From Chiloscyllium plagiosum (taxonomy: Eukaryota): a DNA stretch of 41,793 bases. The notes beneath the pieces were generated by a model. The model did no database searches. It was given only the letters and a program-made list of their open reading frames with translations, and was not told where the DNA came from. Made by a program: the position numbers and the translations under genes. The stretch's first letter is position 1. Each line of letters starts with the position of its first letter. The stretch covers positions 52,174,732-52,216,524 of the forward strand of contig NC_057728.1 of assembly GCF_004010195.1 (NCBI RefSeq), in the 5' to 3' direction. Below, piece after piece: positions 10,855 through 22,199 of this stretch.

Positions 10855-12270
10855 CTGTTTAAGAAGGGTGGTAAGGACAAGCCAGGGAACTATAGACCAG
10901 CGGGCCTGACATCGGTGGTGGGTAAGTTGTTGGAGGGAATCCTGGAGGACAGGATGTACATGTATTTGGAAAGGCAAGGTCTGATTAGGGATAGTCACCA
11001 CGGCTTTGTGTGTGGGAAATCATGCCTCACAAACTTGAGTTTTTTGAAGAAGTAACAAAGAGGATTGATGAGGGCAGAGTGGTGGACGTGATCTATATGG
11101 ACTTCAATAAGGCGTTCGCTAAGGTTCCCCATGGGACACTGGTTAGCAAGGTTAGGTCTCATGGACTATAGGGAGAAGTAGCTACTTGGGTACAGAATTG
11201 GCTCAAAGGTAGAAGACAGAGGGTGGTGGTGGAGGGTTGTTTTTCAGACTGGAGGCCTGTGACCAGTGGAGTGCCACCAGGATCAGCGCTGGGTCCACTA
11301 CTTTTCGTCATTTAGACAAATGATTTGGATGTGAGCATAAGAGGTATAGTTAGTAAGATTGCAGATGACACCAAGGTTGGAGGTGCAGTGGACAGCTAAG
11401 AAGGTTACCTCAGATTACAACAGGATCTTGATCAAATGGGCCATGGGCTGAGAAGTGGCAGATGGAGTTTAATTTAGAGAAATGCAAGGTGCTGCATTTT
11501 GGGAAAGCAAATCTTAACAGGATGTATGCACTTAATGGTAAGGTCCTAGAGATTGTTGGTTCATAGATCCTTGAAAGTGGAGTCGCAGGTAGATAGGATA
11601 GTGAAGAAGGCATTTAGTATGCTTTCCTTTATTGGTCAGAGTATTGAGTACAGGAATTGGGAGGTCATGTTGCAGGCTGTACAGGACACTGGTTAGGCCA
11701 CTTTTGAAATATTGCGTACAATTCTGGTCTCCTTCCTTTGGAAGGATGTTGTGAAACTTGAAAGGGTTCAGAAAAGATTTACAAGGATGTTGCCAGGGTT
11801 GGAGGGGGAGGCTGAATAGGCTGGAGCTGTTTTCCCTGGAGCTTTGGAGGCTGAGGGGTGACCTTATAGAGGTTTATAAAATCATGAGGGGCATGGATAG
11901 GATAAATAAATAGTCTCTTCCCTGAGATGGGAGAGTGCAAAACTAGAGGGCATAGGTTTATGGTGAGAGGGGAAAGATTTAAAGAGACCTAAGGAGCAAC
12001 TTGTTTGTGTAGATTGTGGTAGATTATTTTGGTATTTTTTATAATTTATTATAATTTGGTAGATTATGGAATGAGCTGCCAGAAGTAGTAGTGGAGGCTA
12101 GTACGATTGCAACATTTGAAAGGCATCTGGATGGGTATATGAATAGGAAGGGTTTGGAGGAGGCAGGTGCTGGCAGATGGGACTAGATTGGGTTGGGATA
12201 TCTGGTCAACATGGACGAGTTGGACCGAAGAGTCTGTTTCCATGCTGTACATCTCTATGACTGTATGACT
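10855..12270 (+). mobile_element. 5'-truncated CR1 LINE (RT to 3' tail)
   Basis: LFKKGGKDKPGNYRP..., YMDF, PxGS and ADD remnants; ends CATCTCTATGACTGTATGACT. Confidence 0.92.
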
Positions 12271-12654
12271 GGAGAAATATTGCATGTGAGACAATATATT
12301 TTACTGAATTTGCCCTTGTCAAGCATGTGTTTATGGGAATGTTACTATCTTGGAATAGTTAATCAATGGTAGAAATACATTTATTATTTTAAGTATTTTG
12401 ATGGATTTACAGTTAAACTTTCTTTTATTCTTAATGTCTGTATTTTAATTAGAGTGTAAGAATAAAGTTTACTTTGTTTCAAGCCTGGTAGTTTGACCAA
12501 GCAAATTGCATCTCGAACACAACACCTTGCACTTGTCTTTTAAAATAAGAAAATAGTGGAGTCGAGGCTATCTTCTTAATATATTTTGAGGGAGTTTGTA
12601 ACAGCAGCACTAAGTTGTCTTCTTTAAGCAGACAAGTAGGTCTTTCTAGACCTG

Positions 12655-12755
12655 TTTTGAGGCAGTCACCAGACATGAAACATCAACTCTTATTTCTCTT
12701 CACAGATGCTGCCAGACCTGCTGAGCTTTTCCAGCAACTTCTGTTTTTTGTTGTT
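12655..12755 (+). mobile_element. Short Penelope-like terminal fragment (second family)
   Basis: GAAACATCAACTC...CACAGATGCTGCCAGACCTGCTGAGCTTTTCCAGCAACTTCTG, related to the GATGCTGCC.GACCTGCTG block of the other copies. Confidence 0.55.
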
Positions 12756-12756
12756 G

Positions 12757-13268
12757 TAGGTATTTGGGATCCGTGATTCTCACAAATTTTTGTCCATTAA
12801 GGTATTGGTGGAACTTCCTAACTCCAAATGTGACTGCCAATGCTTCTTTCTCTATCTTTGCATTAGCCAAAGTCCTGGATGCATACACTATTGGGCATTC
12901 CTCTCCACTGGGTCACCTATGACCTAATACTACCTCAATGCCATACAGGGAGGCATTGCATGTCAATACCAGATGTTTCTTGAGATCAGAATGTGACAAC
13001 ACCTTACAGGATGACAGCCATTTCTTTACTTCACTGAAAGCTAGGACTTGTCTATGTGACCATTTTCAAGATTGACCACTGTTTCAGAGTTGATGCAAAG
13101 GTGGAGGACAGGTTACATAAGAACCTCCCAAAATAATTTTCCAGTCCAAGAAATGACCTAAGCTCCTGACTGATATGGGAGTCAGAGGCCTTTGACTGCC
13201 CTCACTTTATCTTCCAACGTGTTTAACCTGGTCTTATAGACTCTGTGGCCCAAGTAGGTCACTTAGGG
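12757..13268 (-). mobile_element. Gypsy RT C-terminus/RNase H remnant
   Basis: YASRTL...IEKEALAVTFGVRKFHQYLNGQKF..ITD and VTYLGHRV motifs on the minus strand. Confidence 0.85.
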
Positions 13269-13537
13269 GTGAGAAAGTTTATAGCTTTAAAACTTGTCCT
13301 TAAACATATCGACTAAAATGAAATTTTGAATTATAGAACACATTTGCTGCACACTAGAAAACAGACAGGCAGGGAGGGTAAGACAATTAAGAACATTTGC
13401 CTTAACATCAGTGAACCTGTATAAACAGGACACCAAGTGATAACATTCACAGCTGTTCCTTTGTGAAATTAATAACAATGCTTGATTCTGAACTCGAAAC
13501 AAAACTCTGCATCAATTAACTTCTGTCCTGAATTATT

Positions 13538-13592
13538 GTCCTGCTCCTTGGATGCTGCCTGACCTGCTATGCTTTTCCAGCAACATACTCTC
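13538..13592 (+). mobile_element. Short Penelope-like terminal fragment
   Basis: CCTGCTCCTTGGATGCTGCCTGACCTGCTATGCTTTTCCAGCAACA, near-identical to the arm at 9150-9195. Confidence 0.65.
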
Positions 13593-13989
13593 ATCACTTC
13601 ACTATTATCTGTCTAGTTCAGAACATGCAGTGCTTTTGTTAACTTTTTGTGTTTGTGACAGTACAGCCTTTGTAAACCTGTATATAAAGGTAGCCTATTT
13701 GAGATAGTATAATGGAGTAGCCTGCCAGGGCTCTTGAACAGCCGATGTTCTACTCTCCTGATTTATTAGAATGCAGCTAGCTTGGCTTATAGATATCAGT
13801 GTTATGTTGTAACAGTGATGCTATTAGTAAATGAAGGGGATAATTACAATTAAACTAAACCGTAAGAGTTTTTTTATATTCCAGACTACCAAAGGTACAA
13901 TCTCCGGGACAAACCAAGAGAGACTTACAGGTTGAGTTCTTAAGGAATTCTTTGGACCATTTCAAATCTGTACTTTATCTACTGCCAAG

Positions 13990-14535
13990 AACACAATTTT
14001 CCCTTTTTTGGTGTACAGGTACACCCGCTTTGGAAAAATGCCTTAGGACTATATCCAAGTTCTCTAAGTGTTCCTTGTTAATTTTCCCTGTCTTTAGAAT
14101 GTCATCTAGGGAAATGACAGCCTGAGCAGGACCTTTTGAAATGTTCTCCAAACTCAGTCGGACCGATAAGGATATCTACTTCCATCAGAATATCCTACAA
14201 CTCATGTGCTCCACTTGCCGCATTTACCAATGATAAAGCCAGTTAGGCTTCAGCCAGTAGGCATCTTGCTTAGTTATATGATTAATCCCACTCTCTTGCA
14301 CTGAAATACCTCTACAGAGATCGGTATCTATTCACCAAGTTACTCTTTATTTCCACATGAACAGTCATTGATTTTAGTACAGCCTCTTCAGAATCAGCTA
14401 TCAGAATGTCTGTATCTCTGACACTCCCCTTTTTATCTGACAGCCAGGGATCCCCCGATTGGACCAGATTAACAGCCCCAATCAAAGAACTCATATTCTA
14501 TGCTGTCTAGCTGACCTTGTTACAATCAATATACA
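13990..14535 (-). mobile_element. Gypsy RT core remnant plus LTR copy (~14310-14535)
   Basis: Minus-strand ENI..G..QAVISLDDILKTGK (YLDD region). LTR block CTGACACTCCCC...GATTGGACCAGATTAACA...AACTCATATTCTATG is shared with 7240-7673. Confidence 0.65.
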
Positions 14536-14539
14536 AGAT

Positions 14540-15135
14540 AGGAACAGACCCCTTGGCCCACCAAGCCTGTGTCAATTCCTAATCCTTATTTTATACTTCT
14601 ATACCTATGCTATCTATTGCAGTATGTAAACCTCTGTAGACATCAAATTCATGCATGTATTTATCAAGATATGGCTTATTTATTGCTAACATGCTTGCTT
14701 CTACCACTTCCTCTGGCAGTGGGTTCCAGGCTTTTGTGTGAGAAGTTTTTCCTGCACTTCTCTTCTAAACTTTCTACCTCTCACCTTGAACCTGTGCCCT
14801 CTTGTTGACCTTTCCACCTGGGAAAAAGCCTCGACTATCCACCTATCTATGCCTCTCAATTTTGTCGACCTATTAGGTCACCTGTCAGGCTCTATCTTTC
14901 CGCTGCAAATAATCCAAGTTGATCTAACCTCTCCTCATAACTAGAACCCTCCAAACCAGGCAACATCACGGTAAACCTTCTGTGCACCCTCTGCAAAGCA
15001 TCCCTTTTGGTAGTGTGGCGACCAGAACTGCATGCAATATTCCAAACGTAGCCTAACTAAAGTTTTGTACAGCTGTAACATAACTTGCCAACTTTTATAT
15101 CTGATTTTCTTACTGAAGGCAAGCGTGCTATATAC
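14540..15135 (-). mobile_element. Older CR1 3' fragment
   Basis: YKSWQVMLQLYKTLVRLRLEYCMQFWSPHYQK. Confidence 0.85.
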
Positions 15136-16103
15136 CTGTAGAACCAAAACAGAATTTGCAATATTCTGATGTTAAATCACGAACAGCATGCAATATTTAC
15201 TTTAAAACTTGTTAAAAAGATATCAATAATATATGTTAGTTTCTTCCCCATAATCATAATTTGTATAGGTGCTTGTCTCGAATGAAGAGCAGAGGATGCT
15301 CATTGTGATTAAATTTCAGGTGTGCAAATCAATGTTGACTTTTAAAAAAAATTGAATCTCATTCCCTATTGTCAACATTTTATCATTATGGATCCATTTT
15401 CTCTGTACTCCATTCTAAGTGCAGCCTGCAGCTTTTGGTGGCTCCCTTTCCTATCACACCATGTCATACCATCTACCAACTTCCATCCAAAAGGAAATAA
15501 GACGACAGGGTGAGGTAGAAACACACAGAAGTATAATGAGTAAAAAGGAGCTTAAAGGAGAAAATGGAAGCAGCAAAGCACTTAGAGAAGTAGAAACAAG
15601 TAGTAGCAGGGTTGGATGGCGAAGGCGGGGCAGAGGCTCGCGCGCAGTGTGCTGCTGCCTAGTCTGAACGGCGAGCGGACTTATCAAGTGCTTGCTGTGT
15701 CAATCCCCTTCAACTGATTGGGGGGTAGGGGGAGGCTTCAGTGATGCTGCAGGTCCCTTACACACAACTGTGTGTCTGCTCAGAAACAAACCCTGCGACA
15801 GAAAGAGGGAAGAAGGCAGGCAGAGCAAGGAAAAAGGAAACTTCAGAAAATTTTGAGCCCCAGAGAAGAGGCATTAAATCAATTAACCGAATAATCAATT
15901 ATCTGAATGAAATGCTGCCCACCCATCTCATTCGGATAATTGAAGTTCCTCTGTAAATAGATAAAGAGACAGTGTATTTGTTTATTTAAAATCACAGTAA
16001 ATACAGTAAAATACAATGAGAAGCTTCAACAATCACCACAATCCAGCACCAATTTGAACAGGTGAAGAATAAAAAGGATACAGTTAGTATTGCTGTAACA
16101 GTA

Positions 16104-16302
16104 CAGGTAGTTCCATTCTTGTGCAATCCCACATGTTATAAGAAAATTGTGTAATAGCAGCACAATTTAAACTAATTGGGCTGGAATTGCATAATAATGA
16201 ATACATGCTTTGAAAGTTCACGCTTTAGAAACAGTTTCCCCAAGCATCAATCATGTTATAGTGAATTTCTGTTAACGAAACACATTATAGTAGAATGGCC
16301 TG
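16104..16302. mobile_element. Possible Tigger/pogo-type MITE
   Basis: TA-CAGGTAGTTC...GAATGGCCTG-TA: degenerate TIRs with TA flanks. Confidence 0.45.
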
Positions 16303-17299
16303 TAAACGATATAACTGAAGGGGAATCTTGAGCCAGCTCTCCAACTATACCTACGCTGCCATTCCTCCTTCACTGTATCTCTGTTGCCTGCCCTTCGCAA
16401 TTGAATCTACCTCACTGACACTGTTGCCAGATTCCATGATGAACCCAAGCTCACCCCACAACCAGGAGACCCTGGCTCTGCTGCCCCCTCAATGACACCA
16501 GGAGTCCCATCTCCAGGCATACCATGCTGCAGCTGCCATCTTGCCAATGACAGGAGTATCTGCTCTGGACCTACTGCAACCATGAATCCCTGGCTCCTCT
16601 ACTAGAAAGGGGTGACACCGACACGTCAAGAGTTCCGCTCCAGCAACCCTCCTGAGATGTAGCCTTGACAATACCACCATCTTGAAAAGTCTGCTGTCAC
16701 CTTTGATGGCTAGAGGAACTTCGCCTTCACTGCTGCCTCCTGCCCCAAACTGCCTGTTTCTGCTGCCACTGTCATTGCCTCCAATCGCAATGAGGAGCTG
16801 TGTCCATTGTTGCATCCAACCAGTGGGAGGAACCACCATTCCACACACGGCCTGCTTTAGCTGCTACATTGATTTCGCCGACTAACATGCCGCAAAAGGC
16901 TCCAACGAAAAGAAACAAAAGAAAAGAAGAAAAAAATGTTGAAGTAAAAAGGAACAAAACATAAAGCAGGCATGCGGGAACAGATAAGCCCAGGTCAAGA
17001 GCCTGCTTGCAGTCCTGCTATTCTGCCACCATCTTGAGCACTTGACATTCAAATTTTTGTCATGTTTTAAATTTTCATATTTGTAACAAAACTGATGTAA
17101 GCCGTCAGAGTGTAGTTACACCGACCCATTCAAAGACATGGTAGCACTATCACTGACCAAACAAGAAATACAATTACTGTGTGCCAAGTATACCAGCAGA
17201 TTGTTTGTATTACAGATGTAGAATTAATATTTATTAAGGGGCAGAATATGACTTCAAAACAGGTTACACCTGCAGGCCTCCTAACCCGGTTTCATCTGA

Positions 17300-17372
17300 A
17301 AACCATAACCCGGTGTCATGGTAATTCTGACTTTGTCCATACCAGTCCAACACCAGCATCTCAACATCACAT
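17300..17372 (+). mobile_element. Possible Penelope-like terminal fragment (third family)
   Basis: ATAACCCGGTGTCATG...TTCTGACTTTGTCCATACCAGTCCAACACCAGCATCTC, recognised from memory as a common shark repeat terminus. Confidence 0.4.
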
Positions 17373-17384
17373 TGCTCTGTCATT

Positions 17385-18335
17385 CAATAAGTTGATCTGA
17401 TAATTACGGATGTCATTTTTCTGCCTTTTCTCAATAACCCGTGATTCCTTTACAGCCTTGAATATACTCAATGACCTAGGCTCAACAGGCTTCTGTGGTA
17501 AGGGATTCTACAGATTCACAACCCTTTATGATGAAATTCCTCCTCATCTGCCTTAAATGTGCAATCCCTTATTCTGACAGTATGCTCTCTGATCCTCAAT
17601 TCTTCCACAAGGGGAAAAGCATTTCTGCATCTACCTTAAATCGTCTAAGAATCTTGTATGGCTCAATAAGGTCAGCTCTCATTCTTCTATATTTCAACAT
17701 GTACAGGTCCAATCTACTGAAACTCTCCTCATAATAGTCCTTCCATACTTGGCAGCAGCCTAGCGAACCTTTGCTGCATTGCTTCCAGCGCCAGTATAAC
17801 TTTTTTTAGATAAGGGCCCCAAAACTGTTCACCACATTCCAGCTGTGGTCTGTCCAGTAATTTGTATACTTTTAACAAAACCTCCCTACTTTTATATTCC
17901 TTTCTATTTGAAATAACAGCCAGCATTCTATCTGCCTTCCCTATTACCCAGTGAACTTGGAATTTTGTGATTCATGGTCAAGGACTCCCAAATCTGTTGA
18001 GAGCAAACTTTCTGCAGCTTGCTCTCTTTTAATAGTATTCATCTCCCCTTTTATTCCTGCCAAAGTGCGTAACCTCACATTTTTCCACATTATTTTTCAT
18101 CTGCCAAGTTTTTGCTTACTCACTTAATCTGTCTATATTCCTATGCAGACTCATTATCACTTGCCTTCTCACCTATTGTGCATTATCTACAAACCTAGCC
18201 ATAGTGCACTCACTTTCTATATCCAAATCATTAATAAATATTGTAAATAATAGTGGCCCCATCACTGTGGTACACCACGAGTTACAGGTTGCTATTGGAA
18301 AATGCCCCCCTTACTCCAACTCTGTCTTCTACTAC
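17385..18335 (-). mobile_element. Older CR1-subfamily fragment (RT C-terminal half and 3' end)
   Basis: EYKSREVLLKVYKLLDRPQLECGEQFWGPYLKKVILALEAMQQRFARLLP. Confidence 0.85.
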
Positions 18336-18445
18336 TGAGCCGAGTTATTCTGGTTTGTCAGGCGAAATTTCGCCTTTATCCCTGCACAGAACGGAAAAAA
18401 TTTAAATGCTAATAGTTCCACACATTTGTTACGTAATTTACGTGT

Positions 18446-18762
18446 GTGGTGGCACGGTGGCTCACTGGTTAACACTGTTGCCTCACAGCGTCAGGGACAC
18501 TGGTTCAATTGCAGCCTCAGGCAACTGACTGTGTGAAGTTTGCACATTCTCCCTGTGTCTGTGTGGGTTTCCTCTGGGTGCTCTGGTTTCCTCCCATAAT
18601 CCAAAGATGTGCAGGTTAGGTGATTGGTGATGCTAAATTGCCCATAGTGTTCAGGGATGCATTAGTCTAGAGTAAATGTAAGGTGGGGGTCTGGGTGGGT
18701 TGCCCTTCGGAGGGTCGGTGCGGACTTGCTGGGCCAAAGGGCCTATTTTCACACTGTAGGGT
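18446..18762 (+). mobile_element. HE1-type SINE
   Basis: Colinear with the 6724-7030 copy: GGCACGGTGGCTCA.TGGTTA head, B box, V-domain and CR1-like tail. Confidence 0.9.
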
Positions 18763-18924
18763 TTTTAAAATATTATCACAGGATCATAACACAAACTTTC
18801 CCATTGAATTAGATCACAAGAACATCTTATAAATTACACTTATTGTAAGTGTGACTTAAAATCAAAAGATTAAATTCTCCTTTGTTTAGATTGTAGATCT
18901 GTGTTCAACAAACTCAGATGTGAT

Positions 18925-19072
18925 GATTGGGTCAGTTGGTTTGAATGACTAGTTTGCATGTAGTGCCCATAATAGGTTCAATACCCATAGTGGCTGAGAT
19001 CACCACATTAATGCCCTGCCTTCTCAAACTCACCCCTCATGTGAGGCCTGATCCTCAGGTTAAACCCTCCAC
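18925..19072 (+). mobile_element. Degenerate tRNA-derived SINE fragment
   Basis: TCAGTTGG (A-box-like), GGTTCAATACCC (B-box-like), then CCTCAGGTTAAACC..CACCA. Truncated by the adjacent CR1. Confidence 0.4.
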
Positions 19073-19075
19073 CAC

Positions 19076-20901
19076 AGAGAACTAGAGATGTACAGCATGG
19101 AAACAGACCCTTCGGTCCAACCTGTCCACGCCGACCAGATATCCCAACCCAATCTAGTTCTACCTGCCAGTATCCAGCCCATATCCCTCCAAACCCTTCC
19201 TATTCATATACCCATTCAAATGCCTCTTAAATATTGCAATTGTACTAGCCTCCACCACTTCCTCTGGCAGCTCATCCTATACACGCATCACCCCCTGCGT
19301 GAAAAAGTTGCCCCTTAGGTCTCTTTTATATCTCTCCCCTCTCACCCTAAACCTATGCCCTCTTGTTCTGGACTCCCCGACCCCAGGGAAAAGACTTTGC
19401 CTATTTATCCTATCCATGTACCTCATAATTTTGTAAACCTCCATAAGGTTACCGTTCAGCCTCCGATGCTCCAGGTAAAACAGCCCCAGCCTGTTCAGCC
19501 TCTCTCTATAGCTCAAATCCTCCAACCCTAGCAACATCCTTGTAGATCTTTTCTGAACTCTTTCAAGTTTCACAACATCTTTACGATAAGAAGGAGACCA
19601 GAATTGCATGCAATATTCCAACAGTGGCCTAAGCAATGTCCTGTACAGCTGCAACATGACCTCCCAACTCCTGTATTCAATACTCTGACCAATAAAGGAA
19701 AGCATACCAAACACCTTCTTCACTATCCTATCTACCTGCAACTCCACTTTCAAGGTGCTATGAACCTGCACTCCAAGGACTCTTTCTTAAGCAACACTCC
19801 CTCGGACCTTACCATTAAGTGTATATATCCTGCTAAGATTTGCTTTCCCAAAATGCAGCACCTCACATTTATCTGAATTAAACTCCATCTGCCACTTCTC
19901 AGCCCATTGGCCCATCTGGTCAAGATCCTGTTGTAATCTGAGGTANNNNNNNNNNNNNNNNNNNNNNNNNNNNNNNNNNNNNNNNNNNNNNNTTCTCCCT
20001 GTATTCCATGAGATCTAACCTTGCTAATCAGTCTCCCATGGGGAACCTTGTCAAACGCCTTACTGAAGTCCATGTAGATCACATCTACTGCTCTGCCCTC
20101 ATCAATCCTCTTTGTTACTTCCTGAAAAACTCAATCAAGTTTGTGAGACATGATTTCCATGCACAAAGCCATATTGATGATCCCTAATCAGTCCTTGCCT
20201 TTCCAAATACATGTACATCCTGTCCCTCAGGATTCCCTCCAACAACTTGCCCACCACCGAGGGCAGGCTCACCGGTCTGTAGTTCCCTGGCTTGTCTTTA
20301 CCACCCTTCTTAAACAGTGGCACGTCTGCCAACCTCCAGTCTTCCGGCACTTCACCTGTGACTATCGATGATACAAATATCTCAGCAAGAGGCCCAGCAA
20401 TCACTTCTCTGCCTTCCCACAGAGTTCTCGGGTACACCTGATCAGATACTGGGGATTTATCTACCTTTACCCGTTTCAAGACTTCCTCCTCTGTAATCTG
20501 GACATTTTGCGAGATGACACCATCTGTTTCCCTGCAGTCTATATCTTCCATATCCTTTTCCACAGTAAATACTGATGCAAAATACTCATTTAGTATCTAC
20601 CCCATTTTCTATGGCTCCACACAAAGGCCACCTTGCTGATCTTTGAGGGGTCCTATTCTCTCCCTAGTTACCCTTTTGTCCTTAATATATTTGTAAAAAC
20701 CCTTTGGATTCTCCTTAATTCTATTTGCCAAAGCTAGCTCATGTCCCCTTTTTGCCCCCCTGATTTCCCTCTTAAGTATACTCCTACTTCCTTTATACTC
20801 TAAGGATTCACTCGATCTACCCTGTCTATACCTGTCATATGCTTCCTTCTTTTTCTTAACCAAACTCTCAATTTCTTTAGTCATCCAGCATTTCCTACAC
20901 C
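19076..20901 (-). mobile_element. 5'-truncated CR1 LINE (assembly gap at 19946-19992)
   Basis: ORFs 20609-20962, 20135-20563, 19750-20082 and 19277-19771 give consecutive CR1 ORF2 segments. 3' tail at 19080. Confidence 0.93.
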
Positions 20902-21052
20902 AATCGTCTATTTGTCTAGATTGGACTGAGTAAAACCAAATGTCCATCTGCACACTTTGCATAAAGACACGCTAAGACATTTGAAAACATAACAATTTCA
21001 AAAATTCCATCGGATGATTAAAATGAGCATAATATCTCCAAGCAACATTTAC

Positions 21053-21301
21053 CTGTGTGTAATGTCCACATACTTTTTTTGGTTTACAGCTATTTGTACT
21101 GTAATCATAGTCAGCCACTTCAGCATACCATCGCTTAATAGCATTCTTGGCATTGAAATTGCCTGTGGAAATATAAATGTTTTCTCCTATAGGAAAGAAT
21201 GTGGGATGCACTGTTCCCTTCTTTTGCAGGTTTGGATTATGCTTGAACAGGCACATTTTTGACCATGCTTTTGCAGATTTTGCAAGTGCTTCATCCCACG
21301 T
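21053..21301 (-). CDS. GLIPR1: GLIPR1-like gene A, coding exon 2 (CAP domain core)
   Basis: Polypyrimidine tract plus AG at 21303-21302. 249 nt, TWDEALAKSAKAWSKMCLFKHN...GENIY...WYAEVADYDYSTNSCKPKKVCGHYTQ, followed by GTAAAT donor. Contains CAP motifs GENI, WYxE and CGHYTQ. Confidence 0.95.
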
Positions 21302-21430
21302 CTAGATTGGGGAAAAAAAAAGAAAATTACAAAACGAAGATGCTCCTGCGGAGTGATCGTATTCCCATCTATTTGACTAATAGCACCTTCTGATTTAATT
21401 GCTCTCCTGGCTTTTCTAAACTCTTCCCAT

Positions 21431-22092
21431 TGTGGGATATAGGTGAATTAATGTTATTTCTGCAATTATATAAGTTCTGATACAGAGTAAATGAATTCAC
21501 ATCAGTGTGTAATTGTTTCGGCCAAGAGCTGAGTTAACAAGAATGGGGACCATATAGACGAAATATATAATCCGTTAAAAATGGTATGTCAGCATGAGAC
21601 GTGATTACAAAACAATGGTAGATGTATGGGCGAATAGATAAGAAGTTGTAAGAGAATGCAATCACTTGTATAACAGTAGGAAAAACATCTGTTTTCCCAC
21701 TTGTACGGAGACACAGGAACAAACCCTAATTAAAGAGGTCATAAAGGTCAGAGTGGCCTCCGGAGAGGAATAAATGCTGATAAAGAAAGGATATGTCTAG
21801 CGATGACCTGCAGTGGGATGACGTCAAACAACCTTATGGGTGCCAGAGATAGGCATTTGTCATGGACAAGGCCGGATAAACAGAAGTTGTGGGATCAGTC
21901 TTAAGGAAATGAGTGACGTAAGCTCAAATTGTATAAATTTTGAAAGTTTGTGGAATATGATGTGTATTTGTCTTTGCCTTGTCTGGCATTAGACATTGCA
22001 CCCACTTGCAAATGTACAAATAAAGAACACTACTGATTCAGATTTTTGTCTCGGACTGAAATTATTGAAGTGAGTGAGCTTTGTTTCTCACA
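21431..22092 (+). mobile_element. Solo LTR (662 bp) with 4-bp TSD in intron 1 of gene A, antisense to the gene
   Basis: TGTGGGA...TCTCACA imperfect terminal inverted repeat, flanked by CCAT (21427-21430 and 22093-22096). TATAAA at 21932-21937 and AATAAA at 22019-22024 in U3-R-U5 order. Confidence 0.8.
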
Positions 22093-22199
22093 CCATCATG
22101 AAATCTTGCCTCTCCATAACTAGAACCGAACTTTAATTGAAACGATCACTATTCCTACGATGGATGCCAAAGCTATCTATCGAAGGTGCGTTCATAACA

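Noticed and set aside
18360..18375. 16-bp perfect palindrome AGGCGAAATTTCGCCT
   Set aside because: Short enough to be expected roughly once by chance in a window this size; no supporting context.
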